Source: a virus (lineage: Duplodnaviria; Caudoviricetes). Taken from it: DNA of 57,541 bases. The stretch covers positions 1-57,541 of IMG/VR virus record IMGVR_UViG_3300025128_000038. One strand, given 5' to 3'. How positions within the stretch are numbered: position 1 is the stretch's first letter; each line of letters begins with the position of its first letter. Position numbers and translations under genes: made by a program. Shown here piece by piece: positions 28,351 to 38,414 of the stretch. The notes below the pieces were generated by a model that was not told where the DNA came from, made no database searches, and was given only the letters and a program-made list of their open reading frames with translations.

Positions 28351-31300
28351 ATGGCAGACAAGAAGCCGATGAAACGGCCAACAGATATTCGTACAATGTT
28401 AGGAGCAATATATAATGCTCGTGACCTTTCCAACTTAGATAAATTCATAAAAGATGTAGCACAAGTAGAAAGCTCTGGCGGTAAAAATACTGTCAGTAAG
28501 GAAAGTTCTGCACGTGGTATATATCAATTCTTAACTGAAGGAGAAGGTAACGCATTTCAAACAGGATTAAATCGTACCGCAGCTATGTATGGAAAAATGG
28601 GCTCTATTCCTGAGTGGGTAATAAAAGCCAAAGAACATAACGATCCAAATAAATTATCAAAAAAGCAACAAGAAGATGTAATGTTAGCTAACTTGTATCA
28701 ACAAGTTGGAACAGATGAATACTTTACAGGAGTTTTAGAAGGAGATTCTAAAGCTGCTTCCCAATTGTATGAACAATTTCATCATACTACAAAAGGTATT
28801 ACAGAAGATGAAAGAATAGCCGACATATTTGGTATTGTAAAAAGACAACAAGGTGGCCCAGTAGAAGCGGGGCAACCTTATTTAGTAGGAGAACAAGGGC
28901 CAGAACTTATTGTACCTAATCAAAGTGGCACGGTACTTCCAAATCAAGATCCAAAAGTTCAACAAAGAATTGAGGCTATAGATGCAAGCGTGCAAGCCCC
29001 ACTTCCCATACCTAAAGGTTATTATTCTGGAGCAGATGCAGTATACATTGGCCCAAGAGAAGAAGAATCAATTAAACCAACAAGAAAAGTAAAATATATA
29101 ACCTTTGATAATCCAGATGTAAGAATTCCTGTACCAGCAGAATTTGATGACGCTCAAACAAGAGAATACTTGAAGAGTGGCGAAGCTGAAAACTACATGA
29201 TGAGCCAAGGTTATCTTTGGAGATATGGATTAGAGCCTACTCAATTAGATGACCCAACAAATTTAGATGATTGGGATGTAACGGCTGGTATGAAAACTGG
29301 TTACGATAATCTTAAAGCTATAGGTGCGGGAGCATTATATACTTTTTGGGATGTATTTGACAACGAAGAAAAAAAGAAAGACCTTGCAAAATTAATTGAT
29401 CAATACAATCAAGACGCTTTTGCTCACTTAGTTAAACCTGGTGAAGACGGCGGTTTAAAAATACGTGAAGGTGAATCAGTACCAGCAGATTTACGTATTA
29501 CTCAATTCAGTGATTTATTTAATGAAGCTAAATTAGGCCGCTTTATAGATTGGGCGCAATTTAATTTTGCGTCTGGTGCAACCACTATGGTTCCAATGAT
29601 CTTAGCCTCTTTAGCAGGTGCTGCTGCTGGTGTTGCTGCCGCTCCCTTTACAGGAGGAACTAGTCTAGCTGCAACAGGTGCTTTAATTGCAGGTACAGGT
29701 GCAGCATATGTAATGGGTGTTGGTGAAATAACAGGGGCACAACTAGATCGTTACGGTGATTCTAATGCCGCACTATCTTTAGGAGGTGCTGTTCCTTATG
29801 CTGTAGCTGAAAGATATTTAGGTGCAGGTAATATAATTGGTCGTACACTTCTTGAAAAATATGGGAAAGAAAGTATTAAAAAAGTAATTGCAGGCACCAC
29901 TATTAAAAAAACATTTGAAACAAAATTAAATAACAGTTTAATAAAAGAAGTTGCTAAAGGTTTTGGTTCAAACTTTGTTGGTGAGGGAGCAACGGAGGCA
30001 ATTCAAGAAGTTATATCTAGTACTGCGGCCGAATTGGGAGCAGGCGCAAGTCTTGGTGATTTATATAAATCAAAAGATTTTTGGGTACAAATAGGAAATG
30101 CCGCTGCAGCTGGGGCTGTTGCAGGTGGTGGTATAGGTATGGCTATTGGTGGCCCAATGAATTACATAGGAAAAATAGGATTAAAAAATATCGATGCCAC
30201 TATAACTACTGCTGAAAGAATTAATCGTAGTAATGTTGAAGCTGTAAAATCAACTGGTGCTGCCATAGATGATATAGTAACCATAACTGGAGAGCTTGGG
30301 GATAAAGAATATAAATTATTAGGTACACAAATATTATCAGACGGTGAAGAACATTTCATACTTCAAAGTTTAGATGGCACAGGTAATGTATCTACACCAA
30401 TTAAGAATGCTAGCAAACTTAGAAAGAGTAGATTAACTGAAGCAGACAAAGCAACACTCGAAGATGGTGCAACATACATGCCAGAAGATACCACACCTAT
30501 TCCTAAAGCAAAAGAAGCAAACCAAGCTGTTAGAGATTTAAAAGCAAGGGGCATAATAAATTCAGAACAAACTGTAGAAGATCTAATAGGAATAGCTCCT
30601 GACACTGCTAGTTTCATTGAAGAAGAATGGGAAGAATACCAAGCAGAATTAAAAAATAGAGAAGAGTTAATACTGGCAGGAGAAATACCAGCCCCATTAC
30701 CTGCTAAATATAAAAAATATTTTGGACTTGAAGGCGAAGCTTTTGCTAAAGCTGCAGCTGAACAATATCAAAGAGAAAAGAAACAAGGTATTGTTGATTT
30801 CACAAATACAACATTAGCCAACGAAAATCAATTAACTGATGAAGAAAAATTAGCTTTACAAAAACTTGGGTATTACAAAGGCCCAAGAGGAATGGAATTT
30901 ATAAACAGATTATTAAGTGATACATATGTAAAAGATAAAGCTAAAGAAACAAATGGATTAAGAAAGATAAGAGAGATCATAGCTAATCAAACAGCGTATG
31001 TTCCTCAATCATTAGAAACTAATAGAGTGGTATCAAGAACCCAAGTGCCCCCTTTACTTCCTAATGAGCTTACAGGTTATCAACCGACACCAGAACAAGA
31101 AGCTGAAGGTGAAGCTCTTACACAAGCAAAGAAATTATACGATTGGAATATAGCTAAAGCAGATGAACAGATAGTTCAATTACAAAGTGAGTTAGCAGAT
31201 TTATCGGCATTGCCTCAGAGTCCTTTAAGGAATCAAGAGATAATACAAAAGACTAATGAGATTGCTAATTTAGAAACACGAAAACATGAGATTGCTAAAA

Positions 31301-34300
31301 CTTTATCTGATCCTGTAAGTCGAATAATTGCTATAAGAGATATTGTTAATAACATGGACAACTCTGGTTTCAAAGTTAACATGATTCAATATTATAGACA
31401 AGCCTTAAAAGAAGCTCGTAAAGCAAAAGATGAAGTGTTAATTCAATATTATCAAAATGAAATAAAAAATTACGTACCAACCAAGCAACATGTCTTTACC
31501 TTTAATGGAAAATTAGTATACACATTAACTTCAAAAGCTAAACAACAATTAGAAGCTGACGTAAGAGCTCTTGAAGAAGTGATGAAAGAATTGTTACCTG
31601 GAGGATTTACTATAGCAGGTTATAGAACACTAACTGAGAAACAAAGATTACGTTATAGACAAGTAAATAGAACTGTACAACAAAGAAGAAACGCAATTAA
31701 AAATATAGATAATAAGCGTGATGAACTTAATGCTTTATTAGAAAGTTTTGACATAGAACCTATTGTCAAATGGGATTCATTTTCTAACAAACCCAGAATA
31801 CCTGAATTAAATAAAATAAAGAAAAAGCTGTTTGGTTATGAAGAAATTAAAAGAGAAAAAGTAATTGAACAATATTGGAGTTTGAAAGAAAACCCAGATT
31901 CAAACGATCGTCCTGCTTTAACTGAAGAAACAATCAACAAATTACCTATGTTACTTGAAAGTTTAAACGCTGAACTTAGTCGTATGGGCTTAGATAATTT
32001 AAGTGTACGTATAATAAGTGATCTCGTAAATGCAAAGGGGGCACAGGTAAATGGTAGATTCTTAGGCGGTATGAATCTAATCGAAGTTGCTCTTAACGCT
32101 GTACAAAATGCAAGCGGCAATAAATTAAATCCATCTGATTCTCGTATGTTTACATTACATCATGAATCTATGCACTATGTATTTAGAAATTTACTAACTG
32201 AAAGAGAACAAAAAGTTTTAATGGATGCAGCACGTAAGGCGTATCTAAAAAAATACAATATTAAAAAAAGATATGAGGGGTATGGTTTAAGTGAACAACA
32301 ATTATTAGAAGAAGCTATCTCAGATGCCTTTGCTGATTATATGGCTACAACAGCTAATGGTTCTGTTTATAGTCCGAAAGGAATGATTGCTAGAATATTT
32401 GATAGAATTAGAAACTATATAATTGCATTAGGTAATGTATTAACAGGGGCGCAACTGAGACAAACAGCTCAAATATTTAACAATATAGATATGGGTGTAA
32501 TGAAAGCTCGTCAAGAGATTATGGACAAAATTGACATTAGTCAAACTGAAATGCTTAATTTGGCTTCCATAGCTGGAATATCTGAATCAGAAGCATATAA
32601 TTTCTTTTACCAAAGAGGACGTAGTGTGGTTACAGTTGGTGGAGAAAAGGTTGGTTCATCAATATCCAATGCAGATATGTATCGCTCTTGGGTAATGCAG
32701 GTTGTACCTAAAATAATATACATTCAAGAAAATCATATTTCAGAAAAGGTAACAAGAAGTGTCCTAGAAAACATTAGTAACTTAATTCAAAATTTAACAA
32801 CTGAATCTGGTGTACCTAATTTAGAGCAAGCTAATTTTTATTTACAAAGATTAAATGGTTTAAGTGAAAGAGACTTGAACACAATGGCTGCTTTTTTACA
32901 AAGCAATATAGGCGCTAGACTAAACCTAAAACTTATAGGAGATTTAAAAGCATCAATGCCATCTAGGGTGACAGAACATGCGGTTAGATTATTGGAACTG
33001 TTGGATAATCCTGCATTTTTTGCAGCAAGATTAAATACTTTAAATAAAAATATGCCAACAGAAACAGACATAAGAATAGCAGGCTCTCCTCATATTGTAT
33101 TCCATGGTACAGATCCAAAGATAGCTAAGGATATAACAAAGAAAGGATTTAAAATAGCACCTGGAATTGGAGATGATTCACTGGGAGTGCATTTTGGTAC
33201 CATGTCTCAAGCTTCTATTATATCTATGAAAAAATATGGCAATGTTGAAATGCTACCTGCTATATTACACATTGTAGATCCTGTTAGGATGAAAGATATG
33301 GGAGCTAATTGGGGTGCTAACAGAGCATTAAATGCATTGACCATGGAAATAAAAGACACTAATCTTGAGTATGGTCTTGATGTAGATATGGGAAGACCAA
33401 CGACACCAGGACTGATAATAGATAAAATATTTACACAAGAAGAAGCTCGTATTATAAGAGACAAATTCCAAGACATAGTGGCAAAAGCATTTCGTAAATA
33501 TACACCGACAGAAGTTCAGAAGCTAGAAAGAAATCAAGAAGTACGTTATGAACAACAAAAAATATTAATAGATGCGATTAAAGATAAAGGATATGACGGA
33601 ATAGTTTATCGTAACGTATATGAAGTTACTGAAGAACCTGGCATTGAAACTAAAGATTCTTTTATTGCATTTGATTCAAATCAAATAATGCTTGTAGATA
33701 ATAATTCTAATTTAGATATGTCTGATATTAGTTATAGTGCGGCTACAACTGTAGAACCAGACCCATCAGACGATAGTTTAAGTGAGCCTGTAGAGGCAAC
33801 TAGACATGAACTTAGACTAGATGAAAAAGGCATTGAGGAAAGTGGTAAAGCGGCAGATAAGGTAACCGATTTAAAAGATGGAGAAACAATTAATTTAAAA
33901 GATTTAGGCAGAGCAGAAAAAATGATGATGCACTTTAGAGGAATTGCATTACGTTATCCTTTCTTAAGTAAACTTTGGAGACTTGTTACTGGCATGGAAC
34001 AAAAAGCCAGAGGAATACAAATGCAATTTGCTGCACAAATGAGACGTTATTATGATATCATTAACAGAGTTGAAGGAGCCAAAGAAGCATTAGCTAAAGC
34101 TCATATTATATCACAACAAGAAGGGGCACAGGCTAAATATACAAAAGATGAACAAGGTAGGATTATATTTGTATCTCCAAAAAGTTTAATTTCAGGTGGT
34201 AATAATCCTATAACAATTAATCAAGGTGAAGTTGTTGTATTGGAAGGTGCTGTAGCGGATGTTTACATGGAAGCACAAGCTGCTATAGAGACAGTGTTAA

Positions 34301-37014
34301 AAGAACATATGAAAGGTACGATAGCTAGTTCCTTTATTCCACAATTAAAAAGTGCTATTCGTATATTGACTGAATATAATCCAGAAATATTAGTCAGTGC
34401 AGGAATTGATCCCGCAACTGTTACTGATAATGATATTGAGAATTTTGAATTTAATGAAGTGAATGCTATTGTACAAGGTTTAATAGCAACTCCTCAAATT
34501 ATAAGAAATAAAGCAATGGATGCATCTTTAATGAACAGCGTTAATCTTAGTAATTTAGCATTAAGTGTTGGAGAAATTACAAATTCTATTGGTGTCTTAT
34601 TAGGTGGAACGGAAACTAATCTTAACACATTATTGAAACAAACAGAACAATTTGAACAATTCAAAAAGTTTGATTATGTTCCATTACAAAGATATGGAAC
34701 ACATGCAATAACTGTAACAGATAAAGAAGGTAAAGTACTTAGGTATGAACATATAGAAAAAACATTAGTAGAGGAGAAAGCTAGAGGATTTACTAATGCT
34801 CGTAAGTTTGCAGATGTAAGAAGTCGTTTAATAAGAGAGTACCCACCTTCTGAAGGTTATACGGTATCTGAAGTAGAGGAAATAAACAATGAAGTTAGGA
34901 ACAGATTACCTAAAGATTTATCTATGTTGGACAATATGGCTCAACGTTTGTCTGATAGAAATGCAGAAGGATATAGGCAAGCTAGAGAAGAATTAGATTC
35001 AATAATTGGAAAAGGAAATTTAATAGGATTTGATCAGTTCTTAAGAGGAAGAAAAGAGATTGGTGGTGTGCCAGGATTTGATGGAGATATACTAAGAAGC
35101 ATATCACAGTTTGGTATGGTAGGTTCTGAATATGCGGCAAGAAATAGATTTTTAAAAGATATAAAAAATAGCTACACAGAAGCAATTAATTATGCGGATA
35201 AAAATAATTTAGTACGTTTGAAAGATACTATTACAAAGATGAAAGAATATGGTGTAGACAATTCTCATAATCATGAATGGGCTACAATGAGAAGAATGGG
35301 TTTCTGGTGGTTCTTAGGTGGTAATATATCTTCTGGTATCTTACAAACAATGAGTATCGTACAATTCACTGGGCCAATGTTAGCAGAGTTCAGCAACAGT
35401 GCAGCCGCTGCTACAGAATTATCAAGAGCTTTTGCGGATGTATCTAGATTAGGTTCTTGGAGCGATAACGAATACAATGATGTTTGGTTAAAATTAGATA
35501 GAAATAGTTTAATGAAAGTGTTTAAAGATAAACAATTAGTTGAAGCTATTATAGAAGATGTAGGAAATGGTATCATTAAACAAGGACAAGCATTGTTTGA
35601 ATCTGGTCAAGCTCCTGGGTATCAAATAATACCAACTGATAAGACAACCCAACAAGCTAGAGCAAGATTAAAGATAATGGAACAACAAATAATGGGCGGA
35701 ACTTTCAACACTATGGAAACATTCTCTCGTTTAGTTGCTTATGTTGCCGCATACAGGACAGTATCTAACCCGACTTCAGGAACAATTTCTAATCCTGCAA
35801 AAAATATGCAAAGAGCAGATGATTGGTATTCTGGTTCTAATCTTATTTGGGGTGAGATGAAAAAACAAAGAGGTGGAATAGCCACTGCTCAAGATCTTGC
35901 CCGTATATTAATTGATGATACTTTCGGAGATTACTCTAAAGCCAACCGTCCTAGAATGATGAGAAATTTTGGATCAGTGGTATTTTTATTTCAAACATAC
36001 ATCAGTCAAATGTTTGGTTTACTTAGAAGACTATTAGTAGGACAAGGCAACGCACAACAACGGGCAATGGGAAGAAGAATATTCGCAAGAATAATACTTC
36101 AATTATTTTTGACTGCTGGATTATTTGGATTACCAGGATTTGACGATTTAGATTTCTTATATAGAATGATTATGAAAATGGGAGGAGTCAATGATGATCT
36201 ACGTACACAAATGAGAGAAGTGTTAACAGACGTTGGAGTTGGTGCAAAAATGACAGAGGCTATAATGAATGGGGGCATAGAATCTTTTGGTAATATAAGT
36301 GTACAAAGAAGATTATCTTTAGGAGAAGTACCTGGGTCAGCACAGATGCGAGCAATGTTATCCATGTTGGGCGTACCAACAGGAGCTAAAGCTGAACAGT
36401 TTTTAGGTGCACCTGGTGCAATTATGTTTGGTATTCCTAGTGAATTAAACAGAATGATACAACAACAAGGGGGAAAAGCATTTAGTGATATGGATTTCTA
36501 TATGGCTACCATGCCTTCGTTTGTTAAAAATCTATATCGTGCGGCATATAAATATCCAGCAGAAGGATATGTTGAAACACGAAATGGGACATTGTTAACT
36601 ACAGATGTCAAAGCACACGAGTTAATGTTGCAGGGAATAGGGTTTACCCCAACTGAAATATCTAAAGCTAGGGAAATACTATGGTATGAAAAACAAATAG
36701 ATACTAAGTATCAGGGAAGAACAAAAAGATTTAATGCTCAAATTAAAAAAGCTTATAGAGATTTATATATGGCAATCAATTTAATAAATGATCCAGCACT
36801 TGGTATAGAAGCTCAACAAAGATTGCAAGAAGCAATGAGAGAAATAATAGAATTTAATAATACAGTTGACTCACCATATACTTATGTCCCAGATCTTAAT
36901 AGATTAAGAGATGAAGGTATACAACAAGCCAACTCTGAATATAGAGCTTTTAAATCTGATAAAGCTACTTACTTAAAAAAGCAAGACATGTATAAACAAA
37001 TGGGTGTTAATTAG
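28351..37014 (+). CDS. giant polyvalent virion protein (lysozyme-like + zincin metallopeptidase + ADP-ribosyltransferase + PLxRFG-like domains)
   Basis: VESSGG..SSARGIYQF (~28465); HHESMH..EEAISDAF (~32160-32330); VFHGT..GVHFGT..GYDGIVY..FDSNQI (~33095-33690); YVPLQRYG (~34675). Confidence 0.8.
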   Translation: MADKKPMKRPTDIRTMLGAIYNARDLSNLDKFIKDVAQVESSGGKNTVSKESSARGIYQFLTEGEGNAFQTGLNRTAAMYGKMGSIPEWVIKAKEHNDPNKLSKKQQEDVMLANLYQQVGTDEYFTGVLEGDSKAASQLYEQFHHTTKGITEDERIADIFGIVKRQQGGPVEAGQPYLVGEQGPELIVPNQSGTVLPNQDPKVQQRIEAIDASVQAPLPIPKGYYSGADAVYIGPREEESIKPTRKVKYITFDNPDVRIPVPAEFDDAQTREYLKSGEAENYMMSQGYLWRYGLEPTQLDDPTNLDDWDVTAGMKTGYDNLKAIGAGALYTFWDVFDNEEKKKDLAKLIDQYNQDAFAHLVKPGEDGGLKIREGESVPADLRITQFSDLFNEAKLGRFIDWAQFNFASGATTMVPMILASLAGAAAGVAAAPFTGGTSLAATGALIAGTGAAYVMGVGEITGAQLDRYGDSNAALSLGGAVPYAVAERYLGAGNIIGRTLLEKYGKESIKKVIAGTTIKKTFETKLNNSLIKEVAKGFGSNFVGEGATEAIQEVISSTAAELGAGASLGDLYKSKDFWVQIGNAAAAGAVAGGGIGMAIGGPMNYIGKIGLKNIDATITTAERINRSNVEAVKSTGAAIDDIVTITGELGDKEYKLLGTQILSDGEEHFILQSLDGTGNVSTPIKNASKLRKSRLTEADKATLEDGATYMPEDTTPIPKAKEANQAVRDLKARGIINSEQTVEDLIGIAPDTASFIEEEWEEYQAELKNREELILAGEIPAPLPAKYKKYFGLEGEAFAKAAAEQYQREKKQGIVDFTNTTLANENQLTDEEKLALQKLGYYKGPRGMEFINRLLSDTYVKDKAKETNGLRKIREIIANQTAYVPQSLETNRVVSRTQVPPLLPNELTGYQPTPEQEAEGEALTQAKKLYDWNIAKADEQIVQLQSELADLSALPQSPLRNQEIIQKTNEIANLETRKHEIAKTLSDPVSRIIAIRDIVNNMDNSGFKVNMIQYYRQALKEARKAKDEVLIQYYQNEIKNYVPTKQHVFTFNGKLVYTLTSKAKQQLEADVRALEEVMKELLPGGFTIAGYRTLTEKQRLRYRQVNRTVQQRRNAIKNIDNKRDELNALLESFDIEPIVKWDSFSNKPRIPELNKIKKKLFGYEEIKREKVIEQYWSLKENPDSNDRPALTEETINKLPMLLESLNAELSRMGLDNLSVRIISDLVNAKGAQVNGRFLGGMNLIEVALNAVQNASGNKLNPSDSRMFTLHHESMHYVFRNLLTEREQKVLMDAARKAYLKKYNIKKRYEGYGLSEQQLLEEAISDAFADYMATTANGSVYSPKGMIARIFDRIRNYIIALGNVLTGAQLRQTAQIFNNIDMGVMKARQEIMDKIDISQTEMLNLASIAGISESEAYNFFYQRGRSVVTVGGEKVGSSISNADMYRSWVMQVVPKIIYIQENHISEKVTRSVLENISNLIQNLTTESGVPNLEQANFYLQRLNGLSERDLNTMAAFLQSNIGARLNLKLIGDLKASMPSRVTEHAVRLLELLDNPAFFAARLNTLNKNMPTETDIRIAGSPHIVFHGTDPKIAKDITKKGFKIAPGIGDDSLGVHFGTMSQASIISMKKYGNVEMLPAILHIVDPVRMKDMGANWGANRALNALTMEIKDTNLEYGLDVDMGRPTTPGLIIDKIFTQEEARIIRDKFQDIVAKAFRKYTPTEVQKLERNQEVRYEQQKILIDAIKDKGYDGIVYRNVYEVTEEPGIETKDSFIAFDSNQIMLVDNNSNLDMSDISYSAATTVEPDPSDDSLSEPVEATRHELRLDEKGIEESGKAADKVTDLKDGETINLKDLGRAEKMMMHFRGIALRYPFLSKLWRLVTGMEQKARGIQMQFAAQMRRYYDIINRVEGAKEALAKAHIISQQEGAQAKYTKDEQGRIIFVSPKSLISGGNNPITINQGEVVVLEGAVADVYMEAQAAIETVLKEHMKGTIASSFIPQLKSAIRILTEYNPEILVSAGIDPATVTDNDIENFEFNEVNAIVQGLIATPQIIRNKAMDASLMNSVNLSNLALSVGEITNSIGVLLGGTETNLNTLLKQTEQFEQFKKFDYVPLQRYGTHAITVTDKEGKVLRYEHIEKTLVEEKARGFTNARKFADVRSRLIREYPPSEGYTVSEVEEINNEVRNRLPKDLSMLDNMAQRLSDRNAEGYRQAREELDSIIGKGNLIGFDQFLRGRKEIGGVPGFDGDILRSISQFGMVGSEYAARNRFLKDIKNSYTEAINYADKNNLVRLKDTITKMKEYGVDNSHNHEWATMRRMGFWWFLGGNISSGILQTMSIVQFTGPMLAEFSNSAAAATELSRAFADVSRLGSWSDNEYNDVWLKLDRNSLMKVFKDKQLVEAIIEDVGNGIIKQGQALFESGQAPGYQIIPTDKTTQQARARLKIMEQQIMGGTFNTMETFSRLVAYVAAYRTVSNPTSGTISNPAKNMQRADDWYSGSNLIWGEMKKQRGGIATAQDLARILIDDTFGDYSKANRPRMMRNFGSVVFLFQTYISQMFGLLRRLLVGQGNAQQRAMGRRIFARIILQLFLTAGLFGLPGFDDLDFLYRMIMKMGGVNDDLRTQMREVLTDVGVGAKMTEAIMNGGIESFGNISVQRRLSLGEVPGSAQMRAMLSMLGVPTGAKAEQFLGAPGAIMFGIPSELNRMIQQQGGKAFSDMDFYMATMPSFVKNLYRAAYKYPAEGYVETRNGTLLTTDVKAHELMLQGIGFTPTEISKAREILWYEKQIDTKYQGRTKRFNAQIKKAYRDLYMAINLINDPALGIEAQQRLQEAMREIIEFNNTVDSPYTYVPDLNRLRDEGIQQANSEYRAFKSDKATYLKKQDMYKQMGVN

Positions 37015-37240
37015 ATTTGTCTTCAGCTTTATCTTCGGCTTTATCTAAATCAGTATTAATTGTCAACTTTTCTGGAATTATACCATCGCCAGATTTTTTC
37101 TCTTGAGCTTCTGCTATTTGAACTTTAAGTTGTGTAATCGTTACTCTCAAATTAATTATAATTGCTTCTTTCTCCTGTAATTGATTTACAAGATCTTGAA
37201 CAATTACCTGTTCATTTGTTAGTTTTTTTTCTTCTGACAT
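37007..37240 (-). CDS. coiled-coil hypothetical protein
   Basis: AAGGAG RBS; converges on and overlaps the giant gene by 8 nt. Confidence 0.65.
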   Translation of the reverse strand: MSEEKKLTNEQVIVQDLVNQLQEKEAIIINLRVTITQLKVQIAEAQEKKSGDGIIPEKLTINTDLDKAEDKAEDKSN

Positions 37241-37260
37241 TTTTGTCTCCTTTTTTTTAA

Positions 37261-37491
37261 TTAAACTTCTGGGCCTGTTACTATATTCTCACAGAAAAAT
37301 TCAAAATTTTCTAAAAGATTTCCTTCATGGTTTCTAAATTGTTCCAATATACTGTCAACAATTTTAACCTTATTTACTGCTATATACTCATGACAATCTG
37401 CTCGTGTTTCAAAACTAGCATGTTGCCAAACTTGCGTAATCGGTTGCGGTACATCAACGAATACCATCCACACCGACAATACCCAAATCAT
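37261..37491 (-). CDS. hypothetical protein
   Basis: ATGA overlap with the upstream gene; hydrophobic N-terminus. Confidence 0.6.
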   Translation of the reverse strand: MIWVLSVWMVFVDVPQPITQVWQHASFETRADCHEYIAVNKVKIVDSILEQFRNHEGNLLENFEFFCENIVTGPEV

Positions 37492-37919
37492 TTTTTAACT
37501 AATGAACCACCAAAATATAAACCAATAATAGCTGATACTAAATTAGTATCTAATGGAGTAATAACAATTCCTTTGTGTGCCATAGGAACCCACTTCATTA
37601 TATCTTTACCCTCAATGAATAAGAATCCAGGTTTAAATTCTGTATATCCAACAATAACATGAGCATCAGGAGTCACCAATGGTAAAATTTTTGGTAAGAC
37701 TACAATAGCGAATACAGCAGTCAATGCTATGATTCTTCTTGTCCATTGGAATCCAGGGTTCTCGTATTCCCTTGCTTCTTTAAATATTTCAGCTTGTTTG
37801 TTAGCACGAGCCAACAACATCTTTTGCTCAGATTGTTTTGCTTTTATATTCTGTGACCATATACTCATAAGCCCACCCAAGACGGTAGAACCGAGCATGG
37901 TAATCATCTCAAATGGCAT
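37488..37919 (-). CDS. membrane protein, possibly a holin
   Basis: Three hydrophobic segments; WTRRIIAL and IIGLYFG motifs. Confidence 0.6.
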   Translation of the reverse strand: MPFEMITMLGSTVLGGLMSIWSQNIKAKQSEQKMLLARANKQAEIFKEAREYENPGFQWTRRIIALTAVFAIVVLPKILPLVTPDAHVIVGYTEFKPGFLFIEGKDIMKWVPMAHKGIVITPLDTNLVSAIIGLYFGGSLVKK

Positions 37920-38081
37920 ATTAACAGCCTAATTTTTCTTTTATCTTATCAAATAACTCAACGAGTTTTTCTTTTATTTTTTCTAACATTAGTTCTCCTT
38001 TTCTTCATTTTTTTAATCTCGTTTTTATCAAACGATTTCTTATTAAGTAAATCAGCTAAAGCTTTAAACATACCGCCCATG

Positions 38082-38204
38082 CTATTCATCAGCATTATTA
38101 TCCTCTACAACTTCATGCTCACAATTTAAACATTGACATGGTGTAGTTCTGCAAGAACTGCCATTACTACAATGACATTCATGTCCACACCTAGCACAAG
38201 TCAT
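38082..38204 (-). CDS. metallothionein-like Cys/His-rich peptide (40 aa, not in track)
   Basis: MTCARCGHECHCSNGSSCRTTPCQCLNCEHEVVEDNNADE: 8 Cys and 3 His; AAGGAG RBS and ATGA coupling. Confidence 0.65.
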   Translation of the reverse strand: MTCARCGHECHCSNGSSCRTTPCQCLNCEHEVVEDNNADE

Positions 38205-38365
38205 TCAGTTTTATCTCCTTCATTGACAATAGTTATTGAAGGGTTTACCTCAGTTCCTGGAACCTTAATCGCATCACCTTTTATTATAACTTTAGGCACG
38301 ATACCAAATTCTGGGTAAGGTATTTGAAATCCTTTTATGATTTCTTTTTGACTGTCTTCGCTCAT
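38201..38365 (-). CDS. hypothetical protein
   Basis: AAGGA RBS before MSEDSQKE. Confidence 0.55.
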   Translation of the reverse strand: MSEDSQKEIIKGFQIPYPEFGIVPKVIIKGDAIKVPGTEVNPSITIVNEGDKTE

Positions 38366-38381
38366 AGTATTTCCTTTCTCT

Positions 38382-38410
38382 ATTATACCAAATAAAGGGG
38401 GCACTTGCAA
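38382..38410 (-). promoter_or_regulatory. sigma70 promoter with GTGCCCCC in its spacer
   Basis: TTGCAA-17bp-TATAAT on the minus strand. Confidence 0.7.
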
Positions 38411-38414
38411 GGTC

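Noticed and set aside
30162-36365. Antisense ORFs inside the giant gene, and similar shadow ORFs in terL, portal, fibre, nrdJ and polA
   Set aside because: Short opposite-strand shadows of well-supported genes, with no motifs or RBS
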